Source of the DNA: Utricularia gibba
Taxonomy: Eukaryota > Plantae > Magnoliophyta
Direction of reading: 5' to 3'
Length of the DNA stretch: 64,000 nt
NCBI GenBank assembly: GCA_002189035.1
Contig: NEEC01000002.1
Location: forward strand, 3,906,001 to 3,970,000
The notes under the pieces: model-generated
Seen by the model: the letters and a program-made list of their open reading frames with translations, nothing else
Database searches by the model: none
What the model was told of the DNA's origin: nothing
Shown here: piece after piece, positions 51,701 to 63,216 of the stretch
Numbering within the stretch: the first letter of the stretch is position 1
Layout of the letters: the number at the start of each line of letters is the position of its first letter
Position numbers and translations under genes: made by a program

Positions 51701-52772
51701 AAGAAGGAGCCACAAGAAGTTGATCATCCCAAGTCTCTAGTCATTCCACCGCCTTTTCCTATGAGACTTTGCAGAAGAACAAGGACAAGCGTGGACTGAA
51801 AGCATTCATGGAGGTGATGAAGAAGGTGAGCATGAACATTCCCTTGTTGGACATGATAGATCTAGTGCCAAAATATGCAAAAATGTTGAAGGATTTTTGT
51901 GACCCCAAGAAGAAGGAAAAAGTGGAAGAGGTAATTCCCTTGACTGAAAATATTTCAGCAATTATTTAGAGAAAGCTTTCCATACCTATTACTATTGGTG
52001 AGACCACAATTTCAATGGCCATGTGTGATTTAGGAGCATCGGTTAATGTTATGCCTAGGTCCCTATATCTTTCCCTTGCATCTAAGCTAGGTAAACTTGA
52101 GCAAACTAGTGTTATTTGTTAATTAGTTGATAGATCACATGTGAAGGCTGATGGTAGAGTTGATGATGTATTTGTGCATGTTCAAGATTTGATTTTTCCT
52201 GCTGACTTTTTAGTTATTCCTATGGAAAACGAAAATCCCATGATTTCGGAGTCCATCATTTTGGGACGATCGTTTATGGCTACTGCAGGCACCAACATTG
52301 ATGTCCAAGCTAGCACAATTTCCCTGCATTTCGATGGACAGGTGCTGGACTTCAGCCTGGACAAAGCCATTCAATATCCGGACCAGATCAATGAGATTTT
52401 CTCAATATCTACATCTGACGCAGATGTAGAACGCTTAGCAATGCCTGATCATATTTCTTTTCTTAATTCTGAACTTTTAAGTTATCTTGATTATTTTGCT
52501 GAAAAACTTGAATTTTCTAACGTTGCTTTTCTGAGTTTAGAAATGCCTAAGAAACTGCTGATTCCTTCTGTTATTCATGCCCCATTACTAGAGTTAAAAA
52601 CACAGCCTGAACATTTGCAATATTTATTTCTCGGCGAGGATGAGACTTTGCCTGTTATTATCTCTAGTACACTAACCCTGGAACAGGAGAAAAAACTCAG
52701 GAATGTGCACCAGGAGCACAAACAGGCAATTGGGCGGATATTGACAGATATTAAAGGAATTAGCCCCTCCAT
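48794..52772 (+). mobile_element. Athila-type element: 5' LTR (~48794-50073), degenerate Asp PBS (50080-50097), gag and protease pseudogene
   Basis: PBS matches TGGCGCCGTTGCCGGGGA at 14/18. gag VKLRVFPFNLTEQALEWLYGLPPSSIATW; AMCDLGASVNVM protease near 52020; cut at DIKGISPSI by an Angela LTR. Confidence 0.85.
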
Positions 52773-55700
52773 TTTTGGGTTTCTCGTAGACATCATATGT
52801 CTCAAAAGCAATGGAATTTTAAAAATTTTGAGAAACCACCAACGCAGATCTTGGAATACGGTATACATTAGACAAAGGGATTCTGAAATACCTTTCAAAT
52901 GACTCCGTTGTTTACCAACCGCCAATAGCAGACGGCCTCTATGATATCCACACGTGGAGCACTCCGTCGATAACCTTCTCAAGGCTCTTGAATGCCGGTC
53001 GAATTTCTCGAGTACTAGTAGACACAAACGCCTTCTTGTGGATCACTCTCAGAGAGCACGAAGACCTTGGAACAGATCTCAAGATCTAAATCTTTTTGAT
53101 AAATATTGAGTTTAATCAATATTAATCTCAAAATAGCTCTCTATTTAATTTATCCACTTTACCAATTAAAGGTCATGTAATTGTGTCATTCTATTTTATA
53201 TCGATGAGTGACTCCACTATTGTGTGTCACCCTATAGGCTTCCTCAATCAAGGCCGTAATAATAGATTTATTAATTAAATCTTAATTAATCAAATCCATC
53301 ATTATCGATCATGAGTGATGTCTAGCAACATATCATGATCCTAAAGATGTGTGTGACCCTATAGGCTTTCATCATACTTATATCTCATTCGACACCAGAA
53401 CATGGGTATGTGTCTTTCTGATGTATCGAACTTATAATTGCATTCAAGCACTAACACTCAATGACCTACTCAAACAATTCGAGTGTCATTACCTGGGCCC
53501 AGGACTTACTGTTAGGCTTTGATGCAATTACTTGAGATATGATCTCATCGCTAACATGAGTGATGAATCCTTTATTGATCAATCAACTATCTCCAACCTT
53601 AAGGAGTCACATCTCTACTCATCCATAGTAGGCAAGCCATGGTTAGGCTCCAATTAGTAATGAGCGAAAATGTGAGATTAAGATCAAAATAACTTTGTTG
53701 ACCTCAAGTCTAAGCTTACTTGCACGGCCGTCATATTCGAGATCTTGCTACTGACACTTGGTTAGCTTCCCATAGTAGCATCTCGAAGATGAGTCATCCA
53801 GTGAATCGATTCTCTAATCGACACCCACACACAGGTTCTAGTAATCTCATTACATCAATTGTGAGAACCATTGCCTAAATAGTTTAGGGAACTCAATATG
53901 TGCAAGCTTATCTGTATTTATGATATCCTCATTTCACAAATACTCTAGCCTGGGAGTGTTTAACTTTAGCATGAGTTCTTGAAGAATCTCACATTATGAT
54001 CTCATCATAATTTCTATAGCACATAGATCAAGTAGAGGATTTTATCAATGATGTAAAATTGATCACAATTCAAGGTAAACATCAAAGGATAAGATTTGCC
54101 AATGAGTTGATTGTCTTTAGAACACATACACTAACAATCTCCCACTTGTACTAGAGCCAATCATTGATGTATCTCATAGCAATGGACTCTATGTGGAAGC
54201 ATCTTTGTATGTGGATCTGCTACATTCTCCTTTGTGTCCACTTTCTCAATTCTGACATCGCCTCTACCAATGATCTCTCTGATCACGTGGTAGCGTCGAA
54301 GCACGTGTTTGGATTTCTGATGTGATCGAGGTGCCTTAGCATTTGCAATATAGGAGTATAGGATCCTCAACATTTGGGAGTACTCCTAGATCGCTAATAA
54401 ACTTCTTAATCCAAACAGCTTCTTTTGCAGCATCGTTGGCGGCAATGTACTCTACTTCCATTGTTGAATCAGCAGTCGTTTCTTGCTTAGAACTCTTCCA
54501 AGTGATTGCGCCTCTATTTAGGTTGAATATGTATCCTGATTGAGACTTGAAGTCGTTGAATATGTATCCTTCCACTTGGAGACCTTTACCACCGGATATC
54601 AAGAACGTCTTTAGTCCTTCTCAAGTACTTAAGAATGCTCTTGACTACGGTCTAATGATCCATTCCAGGGTTCGACTGATATATGCTTGTAACACTTAAA
54701 GCATATGACACATCTCGTCTAGTACATAGCATGGCGTACATTATTGACCCAATAGCAGAAGCATATGGGATTCGAGCCATTTGATCCCTTTCTTCTTCTA
54801 TTTTGGGGCACATCACTTTTGATAGTGCTCTATGTGTCATGGGCAATAAACCTCTTTTGGAATCAGCCATGTTAAACCTTTTTAACACTTTATCGATGTA
54901 GGTCGATTGTGATAATCCAATAAGTTTCTTTGATCTATCCCTATAGATCTTTATGCCCTATATATAAGCCACATCTCGAAGATCTTTCAATGAAAAGCTC
55001 TTGGATAACCAGATTTTTATTGATTGCATTATTGCAACATCATTTCCCATTACTAATATGCCATGCACATATAGTATGAGAAATACGATTGCCAAGCCAT
55101 CTACCTTCTTGTATATACAAGGTTCATCTTCATTTTGAGAGAAACCAAACTCTTTGATTGTCTCATCAAATTTGATGTTACAACTTCTTGAAGCTTGCTT
55201 TAGCCCATAGATGGATTTGTTCAGTTTGCACACTTTACTTTGTGTGAAACCTTCAGGTTGTGTCATGTACACTTCCTCAGCCAAATTTCCATTTAGGAAG
55301 GTTGTTTTCACATCCATCTGCCATATCTCATAATCAAAATGAGCAGCAATGGCAAGTAAAATTCGAATGGAGTTCAGCATAGCAACAGGGGAGAAGGTTT
55401 CGTCATAATCGACACCTTGTTTTTTACGATACCCTTTAGCCACAAGTTGTGCCTTATAGGTAGATATATTTCCATCCATGTCAGTTTTCCTTTTGAATAC
55501 CTATTTGCATCCAATAGGATTACTCCCTCTGGAGCATTGACCAATGTCCATACATTTACTTGACTCAGCACTATTGATTGCTTCGTCATTAGTCCGAGGT
55601 TCCTCATCTAATATGAGGTCACCCATGCCTTCGGCATCAACAATGAAACCATATCTCACAATAGGGTTACGTTGTCGGACTGATCTTCTGACAGAAAACG

Positions 55701-58700
55701 TGCTTGGTACATTTGGCAAGTCAGATTGCTCAGGTTGATTGCTCACTAGTACATTACAAGCTTCTGGGACACAATTTCGAGATGGTGAGCCTAGATTACC
55801 TTTTGAGTTACCCTCTGGCGTCTCTATAGGTGTCACTTGCTTGTTCTCAAACATCTCCTTAAGTTCAAACCGACTCCCACTTGCTTCTTTGAGGAGAAAC
55901 TCTTTCTCTAAAAAGACAGCATTCTTCGAGATGAAAACCTTTCCCTCTTGAGGATTAAAAAAGTAGTATCCCATGGTTTCTTGTGGATATCCCATTAAGA
56001 AACACTTGATAGATTTGTTCTCCAACTTATCTGACTTCAACCTTCTTACATAAGCAGGGCATCCCCAAGCTTTGAGGTAGGAGAAACTCGGTTTTCTACC
56101 AATCCAAATCTCATAAGGAGTGGTTTCAATCGATTTCGATGGGGCTTTGTTCAAAACATGAGCCGCTGCCTCTAAAGCATATCCTCACATGGACTTTGGT
56201 AGTTCTGCAAAACTCATCATTGATCGAACCATGTCAAGCAAAGTTCGATTTCTCCTCTCAGAAACACCATTGTGCTCAGGTGTATCAGGAGGAGTTTTTT
56301 CTGAGACAATACCATTGTCTTTAAGATGATTCTTGAATTCATTACTCAAGTATTCCGCACCACAATCTGATCGAAGTTTCTTGATGGAACGCTCAAGCTG
56401 GTTCTCGACCTCCATCCGAAACTCTTTGAACTTTTCAAAGGCTTCAGATTTTCGTTTCATCAAGTAGATGCGTCCATATCTTGAATGGTCATCTATAAAA
56501 GTGATGAAATACGAGAAACCCCCTCTAGCAGTGATGCTCATTGGACCACATAGATCAGAATGTATTAAATCCAATAAATTTTCAGCTCTTGCTCTTTTTC
56601 CTAGAAAATGTTGCTTTGTCATTTTTCCCAATAAACAAGATTCGCATGTTTCATAAGATTCATAATCTTCTGATTCCAAATATCCCAATCGATATAAGTA
56701 CTCAACACGCTTCTTGTTTATATGGCTCAAACGACAATGCCAGAGGTAAGAATTCAAGACATTGTCAATCCTTGGCCTTTTTATGCACATGTTAATCTGT
56801 TCTGAATCATGCTGATCCAAAACATATATTCCGTTTACTCTCGTAGCAGTACCATAATGCACGTTCCCTCGTCGTATGGAACAACAATTGTTCTTTATAG
56901 AAAACTCGAAACCAATCTTGTCCAAACAAGAAATAGAGACGATACTCTTAGACAATGAGGGAACACAATAAACAGAATCTAATTCAAGAGATAATCCAGA
57001 AGGTAAGGCAATGTGGCAAGTGCCAACTACTATGGCAGCAACTCGTGCACCATTCCCAGCTCTTGGGTCAACATCGCCTTTCTTCAAGATTTTACTACTC
57101 ATTAGGTTCTGCATGTTAGTGCAAATGTGAGCACCACAACCAGAATCTAACACCCAAGAACCATTCTTGATAGTAGTGTTAATCTCAATCATGTGGATAC
57201 CTGAAGCTGAATTCTCATTCTGCTTCTTACCCTTGATTGACTCTAGGTAAGCTTTGCAGTTTCTCTTCCAATGACCAGATTTCCCACAGTGAAAACATTC
57301 ACCCTTAGCTGGTTTTTCAACTAGCTTCTTCTTCTTGATCTCACTTTTAGCTTTGAGTTTCTTGTCTTGACTCTTCTTCTTGGAAACCTTTTTCCTTGAA
57401 GAGACAAGCATGACATTCTTTTGTTCTTTTGTGATAGTTGTCTCAACAGACTTAAGTAATTGAATCAATTCAGGAACAGTTTGATCCATCTTGTTCATCT
57501 GATAGTTCATCACAGACTGTGAATAGCTATCAGGTAGTGAGGTAAGGATCAAGTCAATACTCAAGTCCTTATCCAACACAAAACTAAGAGTGGACAACTT
57601 CTCAATGTAACTCAACATCAATGTCGCATGATCAGCAGCAGAACTTCCTTCTGCCAAGCAACAATTGAACCACAGCTTTGATGTCTTGAACCTTTCAAGT
57701 CGTGAGTGCTCACCAAACAGATCGTGTGTTATCATCTGTTGGTAAGTATTCGCCTTATGCTTGACGGTAGCCAACAACTCTATGCACTAAATATGACTAT
57801 CGTTCTCCTTATGTCAGTGGAAGGAATAAGCTTAATTATTTGATAGGGGATTTTTCCATAGGCAACACTTGCACTATAGATATCGATATCCTATCAGCTA
57901 GGAATCCTGACAACCCTTGCCCTTTTGTTCATATTGCATCATTTCCCTAGATTTTTATACATAAGCTCGAAAATCCTAAGTGACCCTAGATGCCTTGGTC
58001 ACAAATAAATTATCAAACATCATATGCATCGATAATTCACCAATATGATCATCATAATCAAAATTCGTGCAAAGGCCATCATGACCCACGACTTTCACAC
58101 ATAAGATATGATTCTCGAAAGCATCAATCATCAATCGAATTTCGTGCATCCTAGGGCAGCAAAACAATCCAACATAATCAGATTTCGTTCATCACATGCT
58201 ATTACGATGATCGCCCGCAAGGCAACATACGAGAACATCTCGTAAAATCAGCAAAGCTTCTAACGTATACATGTATTCCGTAACCTGGCTCTGACACCAC
58301 TGTTGGGTTTCTCATAGACGTCATATGTCTCAAAAGCAGCGGAATTTTAAAAAATTTGAGAAACCCCCAACACAGATCTTGGAATACGGTATACATTAGA
58401 CAAAGGGATTCTGAAATACCTTTAAGATGACTCCGTTGTTCACCAACCGTCAATAGCAGACGGCCTCTATGGTATCCACTCATGGAGCACTACGTCGATA
58501 ACCTTCTCAAGGCTCCTAAATGCTGGTCGAATTTCTCAGGTGCTAGTAGAGAAAAACGCCTCCTTGTGAATCACTCTCAGAGAGCACGAAGACCTTGGAG
58601 CAGATCTCAAGATCTAAATCTTTTTGATAAATATTTTGTGACATATCAAATCATATCTATAATATGAGATCTTTTATTTTGAGTTTAATCAATAATAATC

Positions 58701-59743
58701 TCAAAATAGCTCTCTATTTAATTTATCCACCTTACCAATTACATGTCATGTAATTGTGTCATTCTATTTTATATCGATGAGTGACTCCACTATTGTGTGT
58801 GACCCTATAGGCTTCCTCAATCAATGCCGTAATAATGGATTTATTAATAAACTCTTAATTAATCAAATCCATCATTATCGATAATGAGTGATGTCTAACA
58901 ACATATCATGATCCCAAGATTAAAGAATAATCAGGTGAACTGATTGAGCCTTTCCATGACTAGCCACCATGCAATGAATAGCTTTCATCATACTTATATC
59001 TCATTCGGTACCAGAACATGGGTGTATGTCTTTCTGATGTATCGAAATTATAATTGAATTCAAGCACTAACACTCAATGACCTACTCAAACAATTCGAGT
59101 GTCATTGCCCTGGGACCAAGACTTACGGTTAGGCTTTGATGCAATTACTTGAGATATGATCTCATCGCTAACTTGAGTGATGAATCCTTTATTGATCAAT
59201 CAACTATCTCCAACCTTAAGGAGTCACATCTCTACTCATCCATACTAGGAAAGCCATGGTTAGGCTCTCATTAGCAATGAGTGAAAATGTGAGCTTAAGA
59301 TCAAGATAACTTTGTTGATCTCAAGTGTAAGCTTACTTGCACGGCTGTCATATTCAAGATCTTGCTATTGAAACTTGGTTAGCTTCCCATAGTTGCATCT
59401 CGAAGATGAGTCATCCAGTGAATCGATTCTCTAATCGACACCCACACACAGGTTCTAGTAATCTCATTACATCAATTGTGAGAACCATTGCCTAAACAGT
59501 TTAGGGAACTCAATATGTGCAAGCTTATCCGTATTTGTGATATCCTCATTTCACAAATACTCTAGCCAGGGAGTTTTTAGCTTGAACATAAATGCTTGTA
59601 GAATCTCACATTATGATCTCATCATAATTTCTATAGTACATAGATCAAGTAGAGGATTTTATCAATGATGTAAACTTGATCACAATTCAAAGTAAATATC
59701 AAAAGATAAGATTTTCCAATGAGTTGATTGTCTCTAGAACACA
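52773..59743 (-). mobile_element. Angela copy 2, near full length (LTRs 52773-54136 and 58301-59743)
   Basis: PPT (atctcccact, 54137-54146), PBS (gctctgacacca, 58288-58299), gag-PR-INT-RT-RH. About 670 bp deleted at the gag start (~57760). Right terminus replaced by an inversion junction. Confidence 0.95.
56185..57777 (-). CDS. 530-codon open gag(C-term)-protease-integrase segment of Angela copy 2
   Basis: Intact knuckle CFHCGKSGHWKRNC, WVLDSGCGAH, LWHCRLSH..CESC and HSDLCGP. Ends at a premature TGA (SM*GY). Probably not a functional gene. Confidence 0.8.
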   Translation of the reverse strand: MLATVKHKANTYQQMITHDLFGEHSRLERFKTSKLWFNCCLAEGSSAADHATLMLSYIEKLSTLSFVLDKDLSIDLILTSLPDSYSQSVMNYQMNKMDQTVPELIQLLKSVETTITKEQKNVMLVSSRKKVSKKKSQDKKLKAKSEIKKKKLVEKPAKGECFHCGKSGHWKRNCKAYLESIKGKKQNENSASGIHMIEINTTIKNGSWVLDSGCGAHICTNMQNLMSSKILKKGDVDPRAGNGARVAAIVVGTCHIALPSGLSLELDSVYCVPSLSKSIVSISCLDKIGFEFSIKNNCCSIRRGNVHYGTATRVNGIYVLDQHDSEQINMCIKRPRIDNVLNSYLWHCRLSHINKKRVEYLYRLGYLESEDYESYETCESCLLGKMTKQHFLGKRARAENLLDLIHSDLCGPMSITARGGFSYFITFIDDHSRYGRIYLMKRKSEAFEKFKEFRMEVENQLERSIKKLRSDCGAEYLSNEFKNHLKDNGIVSEKTPPDTPEHNGVSERRNRTLLDMVRSMMSFAELPKSM

Positions 59744-59765
59744 ACTCAAAGTAAATATCACAATT

Positions 59766-62008
59766 CGGATGGAGGTCGAGAACCAGCTTGAGCGTTCCGT
59801 CAAGAAACTTCGATCAGATCGTGGTGCGGAATACTTGAGTAATGAATTCAAGAATCATCTTAAAGACAATGGTATTGTCTCAGAAAAAACTCCTCCTGAT
59901 ACACCTGAACACAATGGTGTTTCTGAGAGGAGAAATCGAACTTTGCTTGACATGGTTCGATCAATGATGAGTTTTGCAGAACTACCAAAGTCCATGTGAG
60001 GATATGCTTTAGAGGCAGCGGCTCATGTTTTGAACAAAGCCCCATCGAAATCGATTGAAACCACTCCTTATGAGATTTGGATTGGTAGAAAACCGAGTTT
60101 CTCCTACCTCAAAGCTTGGGGATGCCCTGCTTATGTAAGAAGATTGAAGTCAGATAAGTTGGAGAACAAATCTGTCAAGTGTTTCTTAATGGGATATCCA
60201 CAAGAAACCATGGGATACTACTTTTTTAATCCTCAAGAGGGAAAGGTTTTCATCTCGAAGAATGCTGTCTTTTTAGAGAAAGAGTTTCTCCTCAAAGAAG
60301 CAAGTGGGAGTCAGTTTGAACTTAAGGAGATGTTTGAGAACAAGCAAGTGACTCCTATAGAGACGCTAGTGGGTGACTCAAAAGGTAATCTAGGCTAACC
60401 ATCTCGAAATTGTGTCCCAGAAGCTTGTAATGTCCAAGGTGAGCAATCAACTTGAGCAATCTGACTTGCCAAATGTACCAAGCACGTTTTCTGCCAGAAG
60501 ATCTGTCCGACAACGTAGCCCTATTGTGAGATATGGTTTCATTGTTGATGCCGAAGGCATGGGAGACCTCATATTAGATGAGGAACCTCGGACTTATGAC
60601 GAAGCAATCAATAGTGCTGAGTCAAGTAAATGGCTTGTTGAAATGAGGGCAGAAATGGATTCCATGTATGAGAACAATGTTTGGACATTGGTCAATGCTC
60701 CAGAGGGAGTAAATCCTATTGGATGCAAATGGGTATTCAAAAGGAAAACTGACATGGATGGAAATATATCTACCTATAAGGCACAACTTGTGGCAAAAGG
60801 ATATCGTCAGAAACAAAGTGATGATTCTGTTGTAACCTTGTTGCCTATGGCTATGCTGAAGTCCATTCGATTTTGCTTGCCATTGTTGCTCATTTTGATT
60901 ATGAGATGTGGCACACATTGTATTCAAAAGCAATCATTTTACACAAGATCCTAGTAAAGTGTGTAAACTGAACAAATCCATCTATGGGCTAAAGCAAGCT
61001 TCAAGAAGTTGTAACATCAAATTTGATGAGACAATCAAAGAGTTTGGTTTCTCTCAAAATGAAGATGAACCTTGTGTATACAAGAAGGTAGATGGCTTGG
61101 CAATCATATTTCTCATACTATATGTGGATGACATATTAGTAATGGGAAATGATGTTGCAACAATGCAATCAGTAAAGATCTACAGGGATAGATCAAAGAA
61201 ACTTATTAGATTATCACAATCGACCTACATCGATAAAGTGTTAAAGAGGTTTAACCTGGTTGATTCGAAAAGAGGTTTATTGCCCATGACACACAAGGCA
61301 CTTTCAAAAGTGATGTGCCCCAAAATAGAAGAAGATAGGGATTATATGGCTCGAATTCCACATGCTTCTCCTATTAGGTCAATAGTGTATACCACTATGT
61401 GTACTAGACCAGATGTGTCATATGCTTTAAGTGTTGCAAGCAGATATCAGTCGAACTCTAGAATGGATCATTGGACTGCATTCAAGAGCATTCTTAAGTA
61501 CTTAAGAAGGACTAAAGATCTCGAAATGGGAGAATATGTTTCCAATCTCATTTGACTTGACGTCTCAATCAATATACATATTCACCCTAAATGGAGGTGC
61601 AGTCACTTAGAAAAGTTCTAAGCAAGATTGCTCATTCACAATGGAACTAGAACGTCCATGGAGTACATGGAGTCCGTTGGTATGAGATACATCAATGATT
61701 GGCTCTAGTACAAGTGGGAGATTGTTAGTGGATGTGTTCTAGAGACAATCAATTCATTGGAAAATCTTATCTTATGATATTTACTTTGAATTGTGATCAA
61801 ATTTATATTATTGATAAAATCCTCTACTTGATCTATGTACTATAGAAATTATGATGAGATCATAATGTGAGATTCTTCAAGCACTCATGATCAAGTTAAA
61901 AACTCTCTAGGTAGAGTATTTGTGAAATGAGGATATCACAAATACGGATAAGCTGACACACATTGAGTTCCCTAAATTGTTTAGGCAATGGTTCTCACAA
62001 TTGATGTA
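59766..62008 (+). mobile_element. Angela copy 3 (integrase C-half, RT, deleted RH, PPT 61712-61722, truncated 3' LTR from 61723)
   Basis: ORFs 59676, 60030, 60412 and 60908; YVDD retained; aagtgggagat|tgttagtg. Confidence 0.93.
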
Positions 62009-62030
62009 TGGAAAAAATTTAGTTAAAAGG

Positions 62031-63192
62031 TTTTTAAGTGATTGAGTGCATGGAAAAGATTCATATTGTGCTACAAAAATTTAGTTCTACTACCTAGTTT
62101 TATATTTTTGCGCATAAGTATCGCAATTGTGTTATTTTAGTCTTAGTTGGGACTAAATCTACGATTTAGTCTCAACCTTCTAATAGTTTTACTCGAGCAA
62201 TGCAGTGCAGGTCGCAACACGAATCCCAAGGAGCCGAATATGCACAGTGTAGTGGCAAAAGATGAGTCTAAATGTCTAAAAAGTGGTAGACACAAAATCC
62301 AAGGAGGAAAAAGGGAGATTTTGGACAAAAAGGGAGGAAAGATGAGAGAGAAGGCAGATCTCCCCTTGGAGACTCACGAACACATTTTCTGGGGAGTAGG
62401 TTTTCTAAGGAGGAAGAAGAAGGAAGACAAACAGGAACGAAGCTGAAGTTCAAGATTATTTTCTATCTTCGAAGAATATTACTCCTAGCTAAGAGTAGCT
62501 AGTGACACTTTTCAGTTTTTGTTGACACTTCACATTACTTGCTTGTTTGCTTTCTGGTATTTGACTGTGAAATGAGCACACTGTGGGTGATGTTTTCTTT
62601 TCCACTTTCGTTTACCTTAAGCATGAGTGGCTAAGTACTTAGGGGGGTGCCTTGCAGTAAAAAGGGGAGAAACATGTTAATCAACCTTTAGATCTAAACA
62701 ACCATAAGTCACGCCACTTCCTTAACAAACCAGGATAGATCCAGGAGGGGAAAGTAGTGAAACCCAACTTAACAACCCTAATTAGAGGTAGACCAAAAAT
62801 TAGGGGGAAAAACAAGAATCCGGGTAGATCTAGATCTTGTGAGTTAGTTGTATGATTTGTGGTTTGTGTGAGTTTGTTTAGTGATGAGCATACATCCCCT
62901 AGGAGTCCCAAGGCATCACCCATTCCATTCCAGAAACAACCAAACTCGAGAACTTATTACTTTTCTTTACTATATTTCGTTTTAGTTCTGCCTTAATCCT
63001 AGCTAAGACCAATTTTACCAACGTGACATTGATTCCTTGCATTGACCTTCACATAGCAAGCACCTAGCTCCTTGTATTCGACCCTAGTCCACTATGCTCA
63101 TAATTGTTTTATGCTTGAATGTGTATTAGGTTATAAATTTATTTGATAGGAAAATTTGCATTTAACGACATTGCATAATTTTTCGTTTATCA
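62031..63192 (+). mobile_element. Athila-type 5' LTR
   Basis: Homologous to inverted 34093-35200; ends tttcgtttatca and is followed by a PBS. Confidence 0.9.
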
Positions 63193-63195
63193 AAT

Positions 63196-63213
63196 TGGCG
63201 CCGTTGCCGGGGA
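63196..63213 (+). promoter_or_regulatory. tRNA-Asp primer binding site
   Basis: TGGCGCCGTTGCCGGGGA, complementary to the recalled plant tRNA-Asp 3' end and typical of Athila. Confidence 0.9.
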
Positions 63214-63216
63214 GCG

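Noticed and set aside
63196-63213. tRNA fragments or genes at PBS sites (also 48096-48107)
   Set aside because: These are 12-18-nt complements of tRNA 3' ends next to LTRs, not tRNA genes.
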